From positions 151,514 through 215,513 of the forward strand of contig CAADYO010000009.1 of assembly GCA_900753325.1 (NCBI GenBank): a stretch of 64,000 nt of DNA, read 5' to 3'. How positions within the stretch are numbered: the stretch's first letter is position 1; each line of letters opens with the position of its first letter. This document shows positions 1 through 9,999 of the stretch, one piece after another. The translations under genes and the position numbers were made by a program. Below the pieces are notes generated by a model. The model did no database searches and was not told where the DNA came from. It saw only the letters and a list, made by a program, of their open reading frames with translations. Origin of the DNA: Bacilli bacterium. GTDB taxonomy: Bacteria > Bacillota_I > Bacilli_A > RF39 > UBA660.

Positions 1-1
1 T

Positions 2-1750
2 ATTCCGGAACTTATTCGTAACTTTGAGAAGAAAAGAATACCATTGTCAATTATGTTATTTGACAATGATTGGCATTATAGAAATATTGGTAATTATACT
101 GGACTTAAGTCTGGATTTACTTTTAACAACGATTTGTTTGTTGATCCTAAAAAGATGATTGATCAATTCCATGTTAGAGGTATTCGAGTTGGTTTGTGTA
201 TTAATCCTACTGAGGGTATTTTTCCACATGAACCTGTTTATAAACAAGCTAGTGAATATTTAGGTATAACTGATTCTAGTATTATTAAATATGATCCATT
301 AAATCCAAAGTTAATGGATGTAATGTTTAAAATGTTTTTACATCCGTTGGAGGCTTATGGTGTTGACTTTTTTTGGAATGATTATTATGGTGATGTTAAT
401 AATATTAGTAATTTATGGGCAACTAATCATTATTTATATTTAGATTCTAAACGTAATGTTTCAAAAAGAGGAATGCTATTGTCTAGAAATGGTATTTTAG
501 CTCCACATCGATATGGTATTTTGTATGGTGGTTCTAGTGAAATTAGTTGGGAAAAGTTAAAGCAACTTCCATTTATGTATTTGAATGCTTCTAATATTGG
601 TGTTAGTTGGTGGAGCCATGATGTTGCTGGTAATCATGGCGGTGTTGAAGAAGGAGACCTTTACGTTCGTTATTTGCAATTAAGTACATTTGGTCCAATT
701 TTAAGATTCCATGGTGCGAGAGGTCCATATTATAAGAAGGAGCCTTGGTTATGGGATGCTCAAATTGAATCAATTGCTGCTGATTATTTAAGACTTCGTC
801 ACAGATTAATACCTTACTTATATACTGAGGCTTATAATTATACAAGATCTGGAGTACCTTTAATTCAACCTTTTTATTATAATTATATGTGGGTTTATGA
901 TGACGACTTATATAGAAACCAGTATTATTTTGGTTCACAACTTTTAGTTTGTCCAATTCTTGATAAAATGGATGCTGTTATGAATCGTACGTTACATAGA
1001 TTTTTTATACCTGATGGTATTTGGTATGATTTTATTACAGGAAAAAAATTCCCTGGTAATAAAAAATATGTTTCTTTCTTTAAAGAGGGAGATTATCCTG
1101 TTTTTGCTCATGCAGGGTCTATAATTCCATTGTCAAATAGAAGTGATTATAATAATACTGGTCTTCCAACAGATTTGGAGATTCAGATATTTCCTGGTAT
1201 TAGTAACACTTATACTTTATATGAGGATGATGGTGTAACTGCACTATATAAGGAAGGATATTTCTTAAAGACTTCTATCGATTATAATTATTTGAGAAAC
1301 AATTATACAGTTATTATTAGATCTGTTGAGGGTAAAAGTGGAATTGTTCCTGCTAAGAGAAATTATAAAATGGTTTTTAGAAATACAAAGCAAGCTGATA
1401 GTGTTACTGCGTATTTTAATAATGAGAAAATTCCTGTTAATAGTTATGTAGATTCAACTGATTTTATTGTTGAAATTAAGAATTGTTCAACGATTGGGCA
1501 GTTAACTATTAATTGTAAAGGTAAAGATATTGAAATTGATGCTATGAGACTTATAAATGATGATGTTAATAGTATCTTATTGGATTTAAAGATTAACACT
1601 TATTTAAAAGAAGATATAGCTGATATAATGTTTGGAGAGTTACCATTAAAGAAAAAAAGGATAGCAATCAGAAAACTTAAAAATACAGGACTTTCTAAAG
1701 AGTATATTAGTTTATTCTTAAGATTGTTAGAATATATCAGTGAAGTATAA
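2..1750 (+). CDS. Glycoside hydrolase family 31 (alpha-glucosidase/alpha-xylosidase-like), 5'-truncated at window edge
   Basis: Frame is open back to nt 2 (IPELIRNFEKKRIPLSIMLFDNDWHY...). GH31-like blocks: IPLS-x-LFDNDWHY, GVDFFWNDYYGD (nucleophile region), WWSHDVAGNHGG (acid/base region) and YVRYLQLSTFGPILRFHG. Confidence 0.75.
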   Translation: MPELIRNFEKKRIPLSIMLFDNDWHYRNIGNYTGLKSGFTFNNDLFVDPKKMIDQFHVRGIRVGLCINPTEGIFPHEPVYKQASEYLGITDSSIIKYDPLNPKLMDVMFKMFLHPLEAYGVDFFWNDYYGDVNNISNLWATNHYLYLDSKRNVSKRGMLLSRNGILAPHRYGILYGGSSEISWEKLKQLPFMYLNASNIGVSWWSHDVAGNHGGVEEGDLYVRYLQLSTFGPILRFHGARGPYYKKEPWLWDAQIESIAADYLRLRHRLIPYLYTEAYNYTRSGVPLIQPFYYNYMWVYDDDLYRNQYYFGSQLLVCPILDKMDAVMNRTLHRFFIPDGIWYDFITGKKFPGNKKYVSFFKEGDYPVFAHAGSIIPLSNRSDYNNTGLPTDLEIQIFPGISNTYTLYEDDGVTALYKEGYFLKTSIDYNYLRNNYTVIIRSVEGKSGIVPAKRNYKMVFRNTKQADSVTAYFNNEKIPVNSYVDSTDFIVEIKNCSTIGQLTINCKGKDIEIDAMRLINDDVNSILLDLKINTYLKEDIADIMFGELPLKKKRIAIRKLKNTGLSKEYISLFLRLLEYISEV

Positions 1751-1759
1751 CAAAAATAC

Positions 1760-1788
1760 TTGCAATATTCTTATAAATTTACTATACT
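1760..1788 (+). promoter_or_regulatory. Sigma-A-type promoter (TTGCAA-N17-TATACT) for the Leu T-box leader
   Basis: -35 at 1760-1765 and -10 at 1783-1788 with a 17-nt spacer, just upstream of the leader. Confidence 0.4.
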
Positions 1789-1794
1789 ATGTTT

Positions 1795-2008
1795 ATATTT
1801 TTAAATTTTGTTAGTAGTAGTAACAATTCTTTCATATTTTAGAGAGCTTACGTTAGGTGAAAGTAGGTGTATGAAGTTTTGTGAACTTGACTAATTGTGT
1901 AATAGTTGGGTAAGACCATTATATCTATAAAGCTGCATAGTTTACTATGAAGTAAGGTGGTACCGCGAATTATTTCGTCCTTATGTATATAAGGGCGTTT
2001 TTTATTGG
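1795..2008 (+). promoter_or_regulatory. T-box riboswitch leader (probable Leu specifier CUU) with intrinsic terminator
   Basis: AGAGA box near 1841. Conserved T-box sequence AGTAAGGTGGTACCGCG at 1951-1967. Terminator hairpin cgtcctta/taagggcg followed by TTTTTT at 1974-2006. Candidate specifier GAACUUGA near 1885. Precedes the small ORF and leuS. Confidence 0.7.
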
Positions 2009-2018
2009 AGGGATATTT

Positions 2019-2396
2019 ATGAGAGAAATAATACTATTTATATTATGCTTTATTGTTGTATTAACTAGTTATGAACTTTTTCTTGTTAAACCTATGAAGA
2101 AATATCGGGCTAATAAAGGTAAGAGGAAAAAGCAAAAAAAAGAACTGGTAGAGATTAGATATTTAGTTTATAAATATGGACTGGATTTGAAAAAAGTTAA
2201 TTATAATCAACTATTACAAATTGTTGCTTTAACTTCTTCAATTGATATTACTATTATTGTAACAATTATTGCGGCTTTTGATAATTATTTGTTATCACTT
2301 GCTCTGTGTTTAGTACTTTCAGTACCTATTATTATATTAAGCTATTGGTTTGTATTTAAATTTTATAAAAAGAGAGGAATGATTAAAGATGTATAA
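2019..2396 (+). CDS. Small integral membrane protein (2 TM) co-transcribed with leuS
   Basis: RBS GGAGGG 7 nt before the ATG at 2019; the longer track start (1983) lies inside the T-box terminator. Two hydrophobic helices. The stop overlaps the leuS start. Confidence 0.5.
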   Translation: MREIILFILCFIVVLTSYELFLVKPMKKYRANKGKRKKQKKELVEIRYLVYKYGLDLKKVNYNQLLQIVALTSSIDITIIVTIIAAFDNYLLSLALCLVLSVPIIILSYWFVFKFYKKRGMIKDV

Positions 2397-4785
2397 TTTT
2401 AAAGAGATAGAAAAAAAATGGCAAAAGTATTGGGATGACAATGAGTGTTTTAAGGCACTAGATGATTTTAGTAAGAAGAAATTTTATGCTTTAGTGGAGT
2501 TTCCATATCCATCTGGTGTTGGTATGCATTTAGGTCATATTAAAGCTTACTCTGGTTTGGAGGTTGTTACTAGAAAGAAAAGACTTGAAGGATATAATGT
2601 TTTATTTCCAATTGGATATGATGCGTTTGGGCTTCCTACAGAGAATTCTGCTATAAAACAAAATATTCATCCAAGAGTTTTAACTGATAGAAATATTGAA
2701 GTTTTTGCAGGACAATTAAAGAGGGTTGGCTTTTCTTTTGATTGGTCTAGGGTTATTGATACAACAGATGAAAAGTATTATAAATGGACTCAATGGATTT
2801 TTTTGAAGATGTTTGAAAAAGGACTTGCTTTTAGAGATAAGACCCTTGTTAATTATTGTCCAAGTTGTAGAGTTGTTTTAGCAAATGAAGATTCTCAAGG
2901 TGGTAAGTGTGATATTTGTCATTCACAAGTTATTCAAAAGGAAAAAGATGTTTGGTACTTACGTATTACAGCGTATGCTGATAAGTTACTTGAAGGGTTA
3001 AAAAATGTTGATTATTTACCTAATATTAAATTACAGCAAGAAAATTGGATTGGTAAGTCAACTGGTGCTTATGTTGATTTTAAAGTAAAGGATATAGATG
3101 AGGTATTAAAGGTATATACAACTCGTCCTGATACTTTATATGGGGCTACTTTTATGGTTGTTGCTCCTGAACATAATATTATTGATGATCATAGTGATAT
3201 GATTAGTAATATGGATGAAATAGAAGCGTATCGTGAAGAGGCAAAGAAAAAGACTGAGTTTGAGAGAGTTCAGCTTGCTAAGGACAAAACTGGTGTTAGA
3301 ATTGATGGATTAGTGGCAATTAACCCTTTAAGTGGAAAAGAAATTCCTATTTATATATCTGATTATGTTATGATGGGTTATGGAACTGGTGCTATTATGG
3401 CTGTTCCAGCACATGATACAAGGGACTATGAATTTGCTACTAAGTTTGGCATTGATATTATTCCTGTAATTGAAGGTGGAGATGTATCTAAGGAAGCTTA
3501 TACAGGAGATGGAGTACATATTAATTCTGGTATTTTAAATGGTTTAAATAAAAAGGACGCTATTGATAAGGTTATTAAATATTTGAAAGAAAATAAATTA
3601 GGAGAAGCTGCTGTTCAATATAAGATGAAAGACTGGGCGTTTAACAGACAAAGATATTGGGGAGAACCAATACCAATAGTTCATTGTAAACACTGTGGGG
3701 ATGTTGCTGTTCCATATGATGAATTACCATTAAAATTACCTGAAGTTACTAATTTTGAGGTTGGTACTGATGGTGAAAGTCCTCTTGCTAAAATTGAAAG
3801 TTTTGTTAATTGTAAGTGTCCAAAATGTGGAAGAGATGCCAAGAGAGAGACTGATACTATGCCACAATGGGCTGGTTCTAGTTGGTATTTCTTAAGATAT
3901 ATTGATCCACATAATGACAATGAATTTGCATCACGTGAAAAACTTAATTATTGGATGCCAGTTGATTGGTACAATGGTGGTATGGAACATGTTACTAGAC
4001 ACGTTATTTATTCTAGATTCTGGTATCATTTCTTATATGATTTGGGCTTAGTTCCTACTAGTGAACCATATAAGAAAAGAACTGCTCAAGGTTTAATATT
4101 GGGACCAGATGGAGAAAAGATGAGTAAATCACGTGGTAATACAATTGATCCTAATACTATAGTTGATGAATATGGTGCTGATACTTTAAGAACTTATGTA
4201 TTATTTATGGGTGATTATGGACTAGAAGCTCCATGGAATGAACAAGGAGTTAAAGGAATGAGTCGTTTCTTAGATCGTGTTTATAGATTAAATGAATGCG
4301 TAATTGATGGTTCTTCTTATAGCAAAGATTTTGAAAATATTATCAATAAAACTATTAAAAAGGTATCTGATGATATTGATAATTTGAAATATAATACAGC
4401 GATTTCTGAGTTAATGAAGTTGGTTAATGAATACTATAGTGTTAATAATATTACTAAAGCTGATTATACTGTACTTTTAACATTACTTTATCCTTTTGCT
4501 CCTCATGTTACTGAGGAATTAAATCAAATGATTGGTAATGATCCAATTTGTAAATCTAGTTGGCCTACATATGACTTGGATAAGACAATTGATGCTACTA
4601 AGGAAATTGCTGTTCAAGTTAACGGTAAAGTTAGAGGTACAATCACTATTAGTATTGATGAGGATGAAGCTTCTATTAAAAATAAGGCTTTAAACGAAGA
4701 TAATGTTAAAAAACATATTGAGGGAAAAGAGATAGTAAAAGTTATTGTTATTAAAGGCAAAATTGTTAATATTGTTGTTAAATAG
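2389..4785 (+). CDS. leuS: Leucyl-tRNA synthetase
   Basis: PYPSGVGMHLGHIKAY (HIGH-type motif) and KMSKSRGN (KMSKS). 798 aa. Downstream of a T-box. Confidence 0.95.
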   Translation: MYNFKEIEKKWQKYWDDNECFKALDDFSKKKFYALVEFPYPSGVGMHLGHIKAYSGLEVVTRKKRLEGYNVLFPIGYDAFGLPTENSAIKQNIHPRVLTDRNIEVFAGQLKRVGFSFDWSRVIDTTDEKYYKWTQWIFLKMFEKGLAFRDKTLVNYCPSCRVVLANEDSQGGKCDICHSQVIQKEKDVWYLRITAYADKLLEGLKNVDYLPNIKLQQENWIGKSTGAYVDFKVKDIDEVLKVYTTRPDTLYGATFMVVAPEHNIIDDHSDMISNMDEIEAYREEAKKKTEFERVQLAKDKTGVRIDGLVAINPLSGKEIPIYISDYVMMGYGTGAIMAVPAHDTRDYEFATKFGIDIIPVIEGGDVSKEAYTGDGVHINSGILNGLNKKDAIDKVIKYLKENKLGEAAVQYKMKDWAFNRQRYWGEPIPIVHCKHCGDVAVPYDELPLKLPEVTNFEVGTDGESPLAKIESFVNCKCPKCGRDAKRETDTMPQWAGSSWYFLRYIDPHNDNEFASREKLNYWMPVDWYNGGMEHVTRHVIYSRFWYHFLYDLGLVPTSEPYKKRTAQGLILGPDGEKMSKSRGNTIDPNTIVDEYGADTLRTYVLFMGDYGLEAPWNEQGVKGMSRFLDRVYRLNECVIDGSSYSKDFENIINKTIKKVSDDIDNLKYNTAISELMKLVNEYYSVNNITKADYTVLLTLLYPFAPHVTEELNQMIGNDPICKSSWPTYDLDKTIDATKEIAVQVNGKVRGTITISIDEDEASIKNKALNEDNVKKHIEGKEIVKVIVIKGKIVNIVVK

Positions 4786-4812
4786 AGAAAAAGTTTTTTC
4801 TCTATTTTTTTC
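4784..4812 (+). terminator. Rho-independent terminator after leuS
   Basis: agagaaaaag/ttttttctct hairpin followed by a T-run; overlaps the TAG stop. Confidence 0.6.
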
Positions 4813-5173
4813 TTATGTTAGGATGCCTTTTGTTTATAAGGATTTTTACTTCAAGATGGTAAATAATTACATTATTTTGCATAATATTATAGTAAATCAA
4901 GATGATGGAAGTGTATTACATGTATAAAGCCTATAGGTTTAGATTGTATCCTAATATTTATGCAGCATTGCTCCAGAAGAAATTATACTGATATTAAAAA
5001 TTTTTATCATTATAAGATATGTGATTCTATAATTGAACTTAATATTAATAATAGAATTAAAAGCATAAGTAATAATCTAAAAGTAAAAAGAAAAACGAAC
5101 TATTTAAGGAGGAATTAATAAAGTTAGACAAAATTTTATTAATTCTTTTTTTATAATTTAGTTGGTGATATTT

Positions 5174-5344
5174 GTGAAAGTAAAGATTTTTGACGATGAA
5201 GATGAAAAGGATTTAGAAAAAGATATTAATGATTTTTTAGGTGAATTAGATGGTGAAGTTGTTGATATTAAATATCAGGTTAGTATTGGTATCTTTAGTG
5301 AAGAACAAATATTTTGTTTTTCAGCAATGATAGTATATTATTAA
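5174..5344 (+). CDS. Cse60-like (sigma-E-controlled sporulation protein YteV family) small protein
   Basis: About 57 aa: MKVKIFDDEDEKDLEKDINDFLGEL...VDIKYQVS...EEQIFCFSAMIVYY. From memory this matches the B. subtilis Cse60 pattern. GGTGAT RBS before the GTG at 5174; alternative TTG at 5162. Confidence 0.5.
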   Translation: MKVKIFDDEDEKDLEKDINDFLGELDGEVVDIKYQVSIGIFSEEQIFCFSAMIVYY

Positions 5345-5415
5345 ATTTTTTCCTACTATTATGATACTTTTTCTTTTTAATAGAAATATGGTATTATATA
5401 TTGTAGGAGGATTAT

Positions 5416-7047
5416 ATGAGAAGTATATTTAGTAATAATAATGTCTTTATGAGACGTACTTTTGTAACGGTGTTTATAATAGTACTTGCTAAAGTATTGG
5501 ATATTTTTTATGTTATACCCTTTTATGGACTGGTTGGTGATATACCAGGGGCTTTATATGGATATTCTTATACTATATATTTATTATTTATGTCTTGGTC
5601 TTCTGTTGGTATTCCTATTGCGATTAGCAGAATGGTATCAGAATATCAAAAACTTGGTTATTATAATGTTAAAAAGCGACTTTTTCTTTTAAGTAAGCAG
5701 TTTATGTTTTTACTTGGTCTTATTTGTTTTATACTAATTAATATTTTTGCACCTAGTATTTCTAATAGTATACTTGAAAATTTTCATTCCAGCATTACTG
5801 CTAGTGATATTACACTTTCTATTAGAACTATTTCTTCCGCACTTTTAGTTACTCCGATATTTTTTGTATACCAGGGTTATTTTGAGGGACATAGGTTTAC
5901 TAATCCTATTTCTGTTTCACAGTCTATATCACAAATACTAAGAGTTTTAGTTATTGTTTTGGGAAGCTATTTATCTTTGAAAGTGTTTAAGATGTCTATG
6001 GTTAAAAGTGTTATAGTTGCAACATTTGGTGTTATGATTGGTGCACTTGGTGGATATTTGTACTTGTTTTTTATAAAATATAAAAATAAACAAAAATTTA
6101 ATGAAAAAGCACGTTCTGTGAATGAGCCTATTATAACTAATAAGATTATTATAAAAAAACTTGTTGTTTATGCTATACCAGTTATATTAATAGATCTTTT
6201 CATTAATATGTATAATTATATAGATGTTGTTAGTGTTGTTAAATGTCTTGTTAATTATGCTAAGTTTAAAGTGGATGATGCCGTTACTATTATGGGAATG
6301 TTTACATTATGGGCGGCTAAATTTAATACGATTATTATATCTATTGCTGTTGGTATTGTGTCAGTATTAATACCTGGTCTTTCTCAAAGTATTTTGAAAA
6401 AAAATGAAAATGAATGTTCAAAAAAGTTGAATCAAGCATATGAAATGGTTTTATTTTTAACAATTCCAATTACAATAATTATAAGTTTTTTAGCTAAACC
6501 AATATGGACTTTATTTTATGGGGCTAGTCTGTATGGACCTAATGTTTTATCATATTATATTTTTGTAGGATTAATAATTGGTATTTTGGTGCTTACTATT
6601 TCTATTATTCAAGTATATAAAGATTATAAAACAATATTTATTAGTTTAGGTGTTGGTTTAATATTAAAAATATTGTTAAATGTTAATTTAATTTCGGCTT
6701 TTTACAAGATGGGTATTCCGGCTTATTATGGTGTCATTACTGCTAGTGTTATAGGGTACTTTACTTCGTTTGTAATTGCTGTTGTTATGCTTAATAAAAA
6801 AATTAAAATTAATTATGAAGATTTAATAAAGTATTTTATCGATATTTTATGTGGATCTGTATTGATGACGTTTGTTCTTTTCTTATTAAAATTTATTATT
6901 CCTGTTTATTCAGATATTAGAATTTTTAATTTATTAATTATACTTTTGTATGTAGTTGTTGGTAGTATTGTTTATTTACTATTTATGTATAAAACTGGTA
7001 CAATTAGACATATTTTTGGTAAGAAAATAGGACGAAATAAAAAGTAA
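5416..7047 (+). CDS. MOP-superfamily flippase (polysaccharide biosynthesis protein; YtgP/SpoVB/MurJ-like)
   Basis: 543 aa with about 14 predicted TM helices, typical of Wzx/MurJ-type exporters. Position next to leuS mirrors B. subtilis ytgP. Confidence 0.65.
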   Translation: MRSIFSNNNVFMRRTFVTVFIIVLAKVLDIFYVIPFYGLVGDIPGALYGYSYTIYLLFMSWSSVGIPIAISRMVSEYQKLGYYNVKKRLFLLSKQFMFLLGLICFILINIFAPSISNSILENFHSSITASDITLSIRTISSALLVTPIFFVYQGYFEGHRFTNPISVSQSISQILRVLVIVLGSYLSLKVFKMSMVKSVIVATFGVMIGALGGYLYLFFIKYKNKQKFNEKARSVNEPIITNKIIIKKLVVYAIPVILIDLFINMYNYIDVVSVVKCLVNYAKFKVDDAVTIMGMFTLWAAKFNTIIISIAVGIVSVLIPGLSQSILKKNENECSKKLNQAYEMVLFLTIPITIIISFLAKPIWTLFYGASLYGPNVLSYYIFVGLIIGILVLTISIIQVYKDYKTIFISLGVGLILKILLNVNLISAFYKMGIPAYYGVITASVIGYFTSFVIAVVMLNKKIKINYEDLIKYFIDILCGSVLMTFVLFLLKFIIPVYSDIRIFNLLIILLYVVVGSIVYLLFMYKTGTIRHIFGKKIGRNKK

Positions 7048-7092
7048 TTTAGTTTCTTAAATTACTTTTTTGTTGTATATATACGTTTTTTG

Positions 7093-8283
7093 CTACTGCT
7101 TTTTATCTTTTTTTAGCAGTATTTTAGTGATTATAAAATAAAATATAGGATTGGTTATATATTTCCATTGTCCAATATTTTGTTCAGTTTTTGCTTTGAA
7201 GTCACATCTAAGTGTACTTGGTTCTTTTTGTTCTATGTATTTTAGGTTGTTATTTTTGCAATATTTTATATCTTTGTAATATGTATTATATTTTATCGAT
7301 GTTTCTTTTAACCTATCACTGTTGTAGTCATAAAGAAGCCAAGCTTTGTCGGCAAACTCTATTATTAAATGGGCACTTAGAGTTAGTTGATAGTTGTATT
7401 TTTGTTTGTAGGTACGAAATTTTTCTAGTTCAAGTGCTAAATCTTCTTTTTGTTTTGTTAATCCTTTTAATTTTGTTTTTGAACTTTTTGTTAGATTGTC
7501 AATTGGTAATATTGATATTTGATCATTGATTCTTTTAATATTTTTTTCAATATTTTTAATAATTTTATTTAGGTTTACTTTTCCTAAAATAATTGTTGTT
7601 TTAGTGTCTTTGTTACCATTGAATATTTCATATAATGTTTCATAATAATCTTCATCATAAATGGGCTTTTTATTATCTTCAAGCATTAAATTATATAATT
7701 CTTTTACATCACTTTTATTACCTATTACAGTTTCAGTTTCTAGTTTTATAGATTGTAGTAAGTGATCTTTGGTTTCTTCACTAAAATTATTTTCTATTTC
7801 CTCTAAGTCTTTTGTTAAATCAATTCTTGATACGACATTTGGAAGCATTATTCTTTTTTTCTTTTCATTAGTATATTTAAATCCTACTTCTTTTAGTGTA
7901 CGCATGATATTATCTTTATCTTTTTTTGACACTGTATCAGAAATATATGGTGTCATTTTTATAGATATGGCTTTTTTATTTTTAGCAAAACTTAGGACTC
8001 CTTTGGTCATACTTTTTACTAAATTTTTATCATTGTAGTCTATTATAAAACCCGCTGGTATATATAGAAAACAGCGATTCATTTTTGTATGTTCTAAAAA
8101 TATTAGAGTAACAGCTAATATTTTATCGTTTTCATCAACTAAACCTAGATAGTATGGTGTTAGATGTTCTTTTACTTTAACAAACTCACCAAAACATTCA
8201 GAATGTAAGAAATGTGATTGTTCTTTTTTACTTTTAACATAGTTGCTGTAAACTTCCTTATCTAGATTTTTTAGCTTTAACAT
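7093..8283 (-). CDS. FemAB-family aminoacyltransferase (peptidoglycan interpeptide bridge formation)
   Basis: About 400 aa with a central coiled-coil insertion (NIEKNIKRINDQ...KQKEDLALELEKF) flanked by two globular halves, as in FemA/FemX/MurM. Confidence 0.6.
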   Translation of the reverse strand: MLKLKNLDKEVYSNYVKSKKEQSHFLHSECFGEFVKVKEHLTPYYLGLVDENDKILAVTLIFLEHTKMNRCFLYIPAGFIIDYNDKNLVKSMTKGVLSFAKNKKAISIKMTPYISDTVSKKDKDNIMRTLKEVGFKYTNEKKKRIMLPNVVSRIDLTKDLEEIENNFSEETKDHLLQSIKLETETVIGNKSDVKELYNLMLEDNKKPIYDEDYYETLYEIFNGNKDTKTTIILGKVNLNKIIKNIEKNIKRINDQISILPIDNLTKSSKTKLKGLTKQKEDLALELEKFRTYKQKYNYQLTLSAHLIIEFADKAWLLYDYNSDRLKETSIKYNTYYKDIKYCKNNNLKYIEQKEPSTLRCDFKAKTEQNIGQWKYITNPIFYFIITKILLKKDKKQ

Positions 8284-8353
8284 CTTGTGACCTCACTTTC
8301 TTATATTAGTAGTATATCATATATTTTGTCGAATTAAAAAATATTTGTTTTGT

Positions 8354-8539
8354 CTATACCATATAAAAGCCGTCTTCTTTTTGAAGATAGTTTTTCTTCT
8401 TTTTTTGTTCTAATTCACTAACTCTTTCTTTTAATTTTGCTACTTCGTATTTTAATTTATTAATCTCTTCTTCATAATTTTGTTGTTGTCCTGGTATAGG
8501 AAATGGTAGTTGCATATAAGGATAAGGTATATTATTCAT
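8354..8539 (-). CDS. Hypothetical small P/Q-rich coiled-coil protein
   Basis: 61-aa ORF (PYPYMQLPFPIPGQQQ + coiled coil) in an otherwise empty 330-bp gap, on the same strand as the fem-like gene. Weak RBS. Confidence 0.3.
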   Translation of the reverse strand: MNNIPYPYMQLPFPIPGQQQNYEEEINKLKYEVAKLKERVSELEQKKKKNYLQKEDGFYMV

Positions 8540-8613
8540 ATTATCAACCTGTCTTTCGTTTTATTATATGCTATTTTTAATTGTTTTGTGATAAAATAAA
8601 ACTGGTGATATTT

Positions 8614-9261
8614 ATGCGACTTAGAAATGTTAAAAATAAAGAAGAAATTCTAAATAGTTCAAATTACCTTATTAGAAATGAAGAAAAATATATTGGCAAG
8701 TGGAGTGAACTGTTTGGAAACAGCAATCCGATCTATATAGAAATTGGTATGGGAAAGGGCAAATTTATAATTGAAAATGCTATTAAATATCCTAATATAA
8801 ATTTTATTGGGATTGAAAAATATGATAGTGTTGTTGCGAAATGCTTACCTAAGATTCCAGCTGGACTTTCTAATTTGTTGATTGTTCGAATGGATGCTCT
8901 TAATATAGATAAAGTGTTTAGACATGAAGTTGAAAGAATTTATCTTAATTTTTCTGATCCTTGGCCTAAAGTTCGACATAGTATGCGAAGATTATCTAGT
9001 AAAGTTTTTTTGAAAAAATATGATAATATTTTTAGGCAAAATAGAGAAATATTTATGCGAACTGATAATAGGGATTTATATATTTATTCTTTGATGAGTT
9101 TTTCAGAATATGGATATGTACTTAAGAATATTACTTTTGATTTACATGCAACGTGTGACTTTCCATTAATAACTACAGAATATGAAGATAAGTTTTCTGA
9201 TAAAGGGATGCCAATATATGCAGTTGTGGCAGTTAAAAATGATGTCCAAAATAGTAAATAG
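8614..9261 (+). CDS. trmB: tRNA (guanine46-N7)-methyltransferase
   Basis: IEIGMGKGKF SAM-binding motif and NFSDPWPKVRH motif. RBS GGTGAT before the ATG at 8614. Confidence 0.85.
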   Translation: MRLRNVKNKEEILNSSNYLIRNEEKYIGKWSELFGNSNPIYIEIGMGKGKFIIENAIKYPNINFIGIEKYDSVVAKCLPKIPAGLSNLLIVRMDALNIDKVFRHEVERIYLNFSDPWPKVRHSMRRLSSKVFLKKYDNIFRQNREIFMRTDNRDLYIYSLMSFSEYGYVLKNITFDLHATCDFPLITTEYEDKFSDKGMPIYAVVAVKNDVQNSK

Positions 9262-9274
9262 TAATGAAAATATT

Positions 9275-9302
9275 TTTACATTTACAAAAAATTTGATATA
9301 AT
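9275..9302 (+). promoter_or_regulatory. Sigma-A-type promoter (TTTACA-N16-TATAAT)
   Basis: Consensus-like hexamers immediately upstream of the lipoprotein gene. Confidence 0.4.
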
Positions 9303-9322
9303 GTAGTAAGAGTAGGTGAAAT

Positions 9323-9982
9323 ATGAAAAAGATAATTGTTTTGCTCTCTATTGTTTTATTGTTGATTACTGGTTGTAGTATTAAGGAATTAGACCATGAT
9401 GATTTTGAGAAGAACATGGGTATTTTACTTTCTGAGAAGACTAAAGCAAGTAATGTTCGTTTTGAAGGATATAAGTATTATGTGCCTGATGGATTAAAGT
9501 TTATCAATAAAGAAGAATATAATGCTATTCTTAAGGATAGATTTGGTAATGATTATTATTTATATATAGATGCTATTAGTTATTATCATAAAACTTTAAA
9601 TACATACAAAATAAAACAGGATGCATATTATTCTAAAGTTATTAATTATAGTAATAAAACTGGCTATCTTGAAATAACAGAGTATGATGATAAATACTTT
9701 GTAGAATTTGTTTTTAATTATGCAAAGATGGAGGCACTTGTTGATAAAGATAATTTAGTTAATGTTATTGATAATATGTGTTATATTTTGCGTTCAGTTA
9801 AATTCAATGATAAAGTTTTAGAAAGTTTAGTTGGAGATAATGTACTAAGTTATGCTGAGGAAAGTTTTACATTGTTTGATACTAAGTCATCACAAGATGA
9901 TTTTCTGGATGTTGTTAGTAAGTATGATTCTGAATATAAGAAAGCAAGAGATCAAGAAAAATTGGAACTAGATGAAGAATAA
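9323..9982 (+). CDS. Lipoprotein, function unknown
   Basis: Signal peptide with lipobox LLITGCS. Confidence 0.7.
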   Translation: MKKIIVLLSIVLLLITGCSIKELDHDDFEKNMGILLSEKTKASNVRFEGYKYYVPDGLKFINKEEYNAILKDRFGNDYYLYIDAISYYHKTLNTYKIKQDAYYSKVINYSNKTGYLEITEYDDKYFVEFVFNYAKMEALVDKDNLVNVIDNMCYILRSVKFNDKVLESLVGDNVLSYAEESFTLFDTKSSQDDFLDVVSKYDSEYKKARDQEKLELDEE

Positions 9983-9999
9983 TATAAAGAGGTGAGTTT

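Noticed and set aside
4745-5344. Searched the roughly 390-bp AT-rich gap after leuS for an sRNA or riboswitch (palindromes CCTATAGG and AGCATTGCT noted)
   Set aside because: No recognisable conserved RNA motif. The palindromes are short and common in AT-rich DNA.
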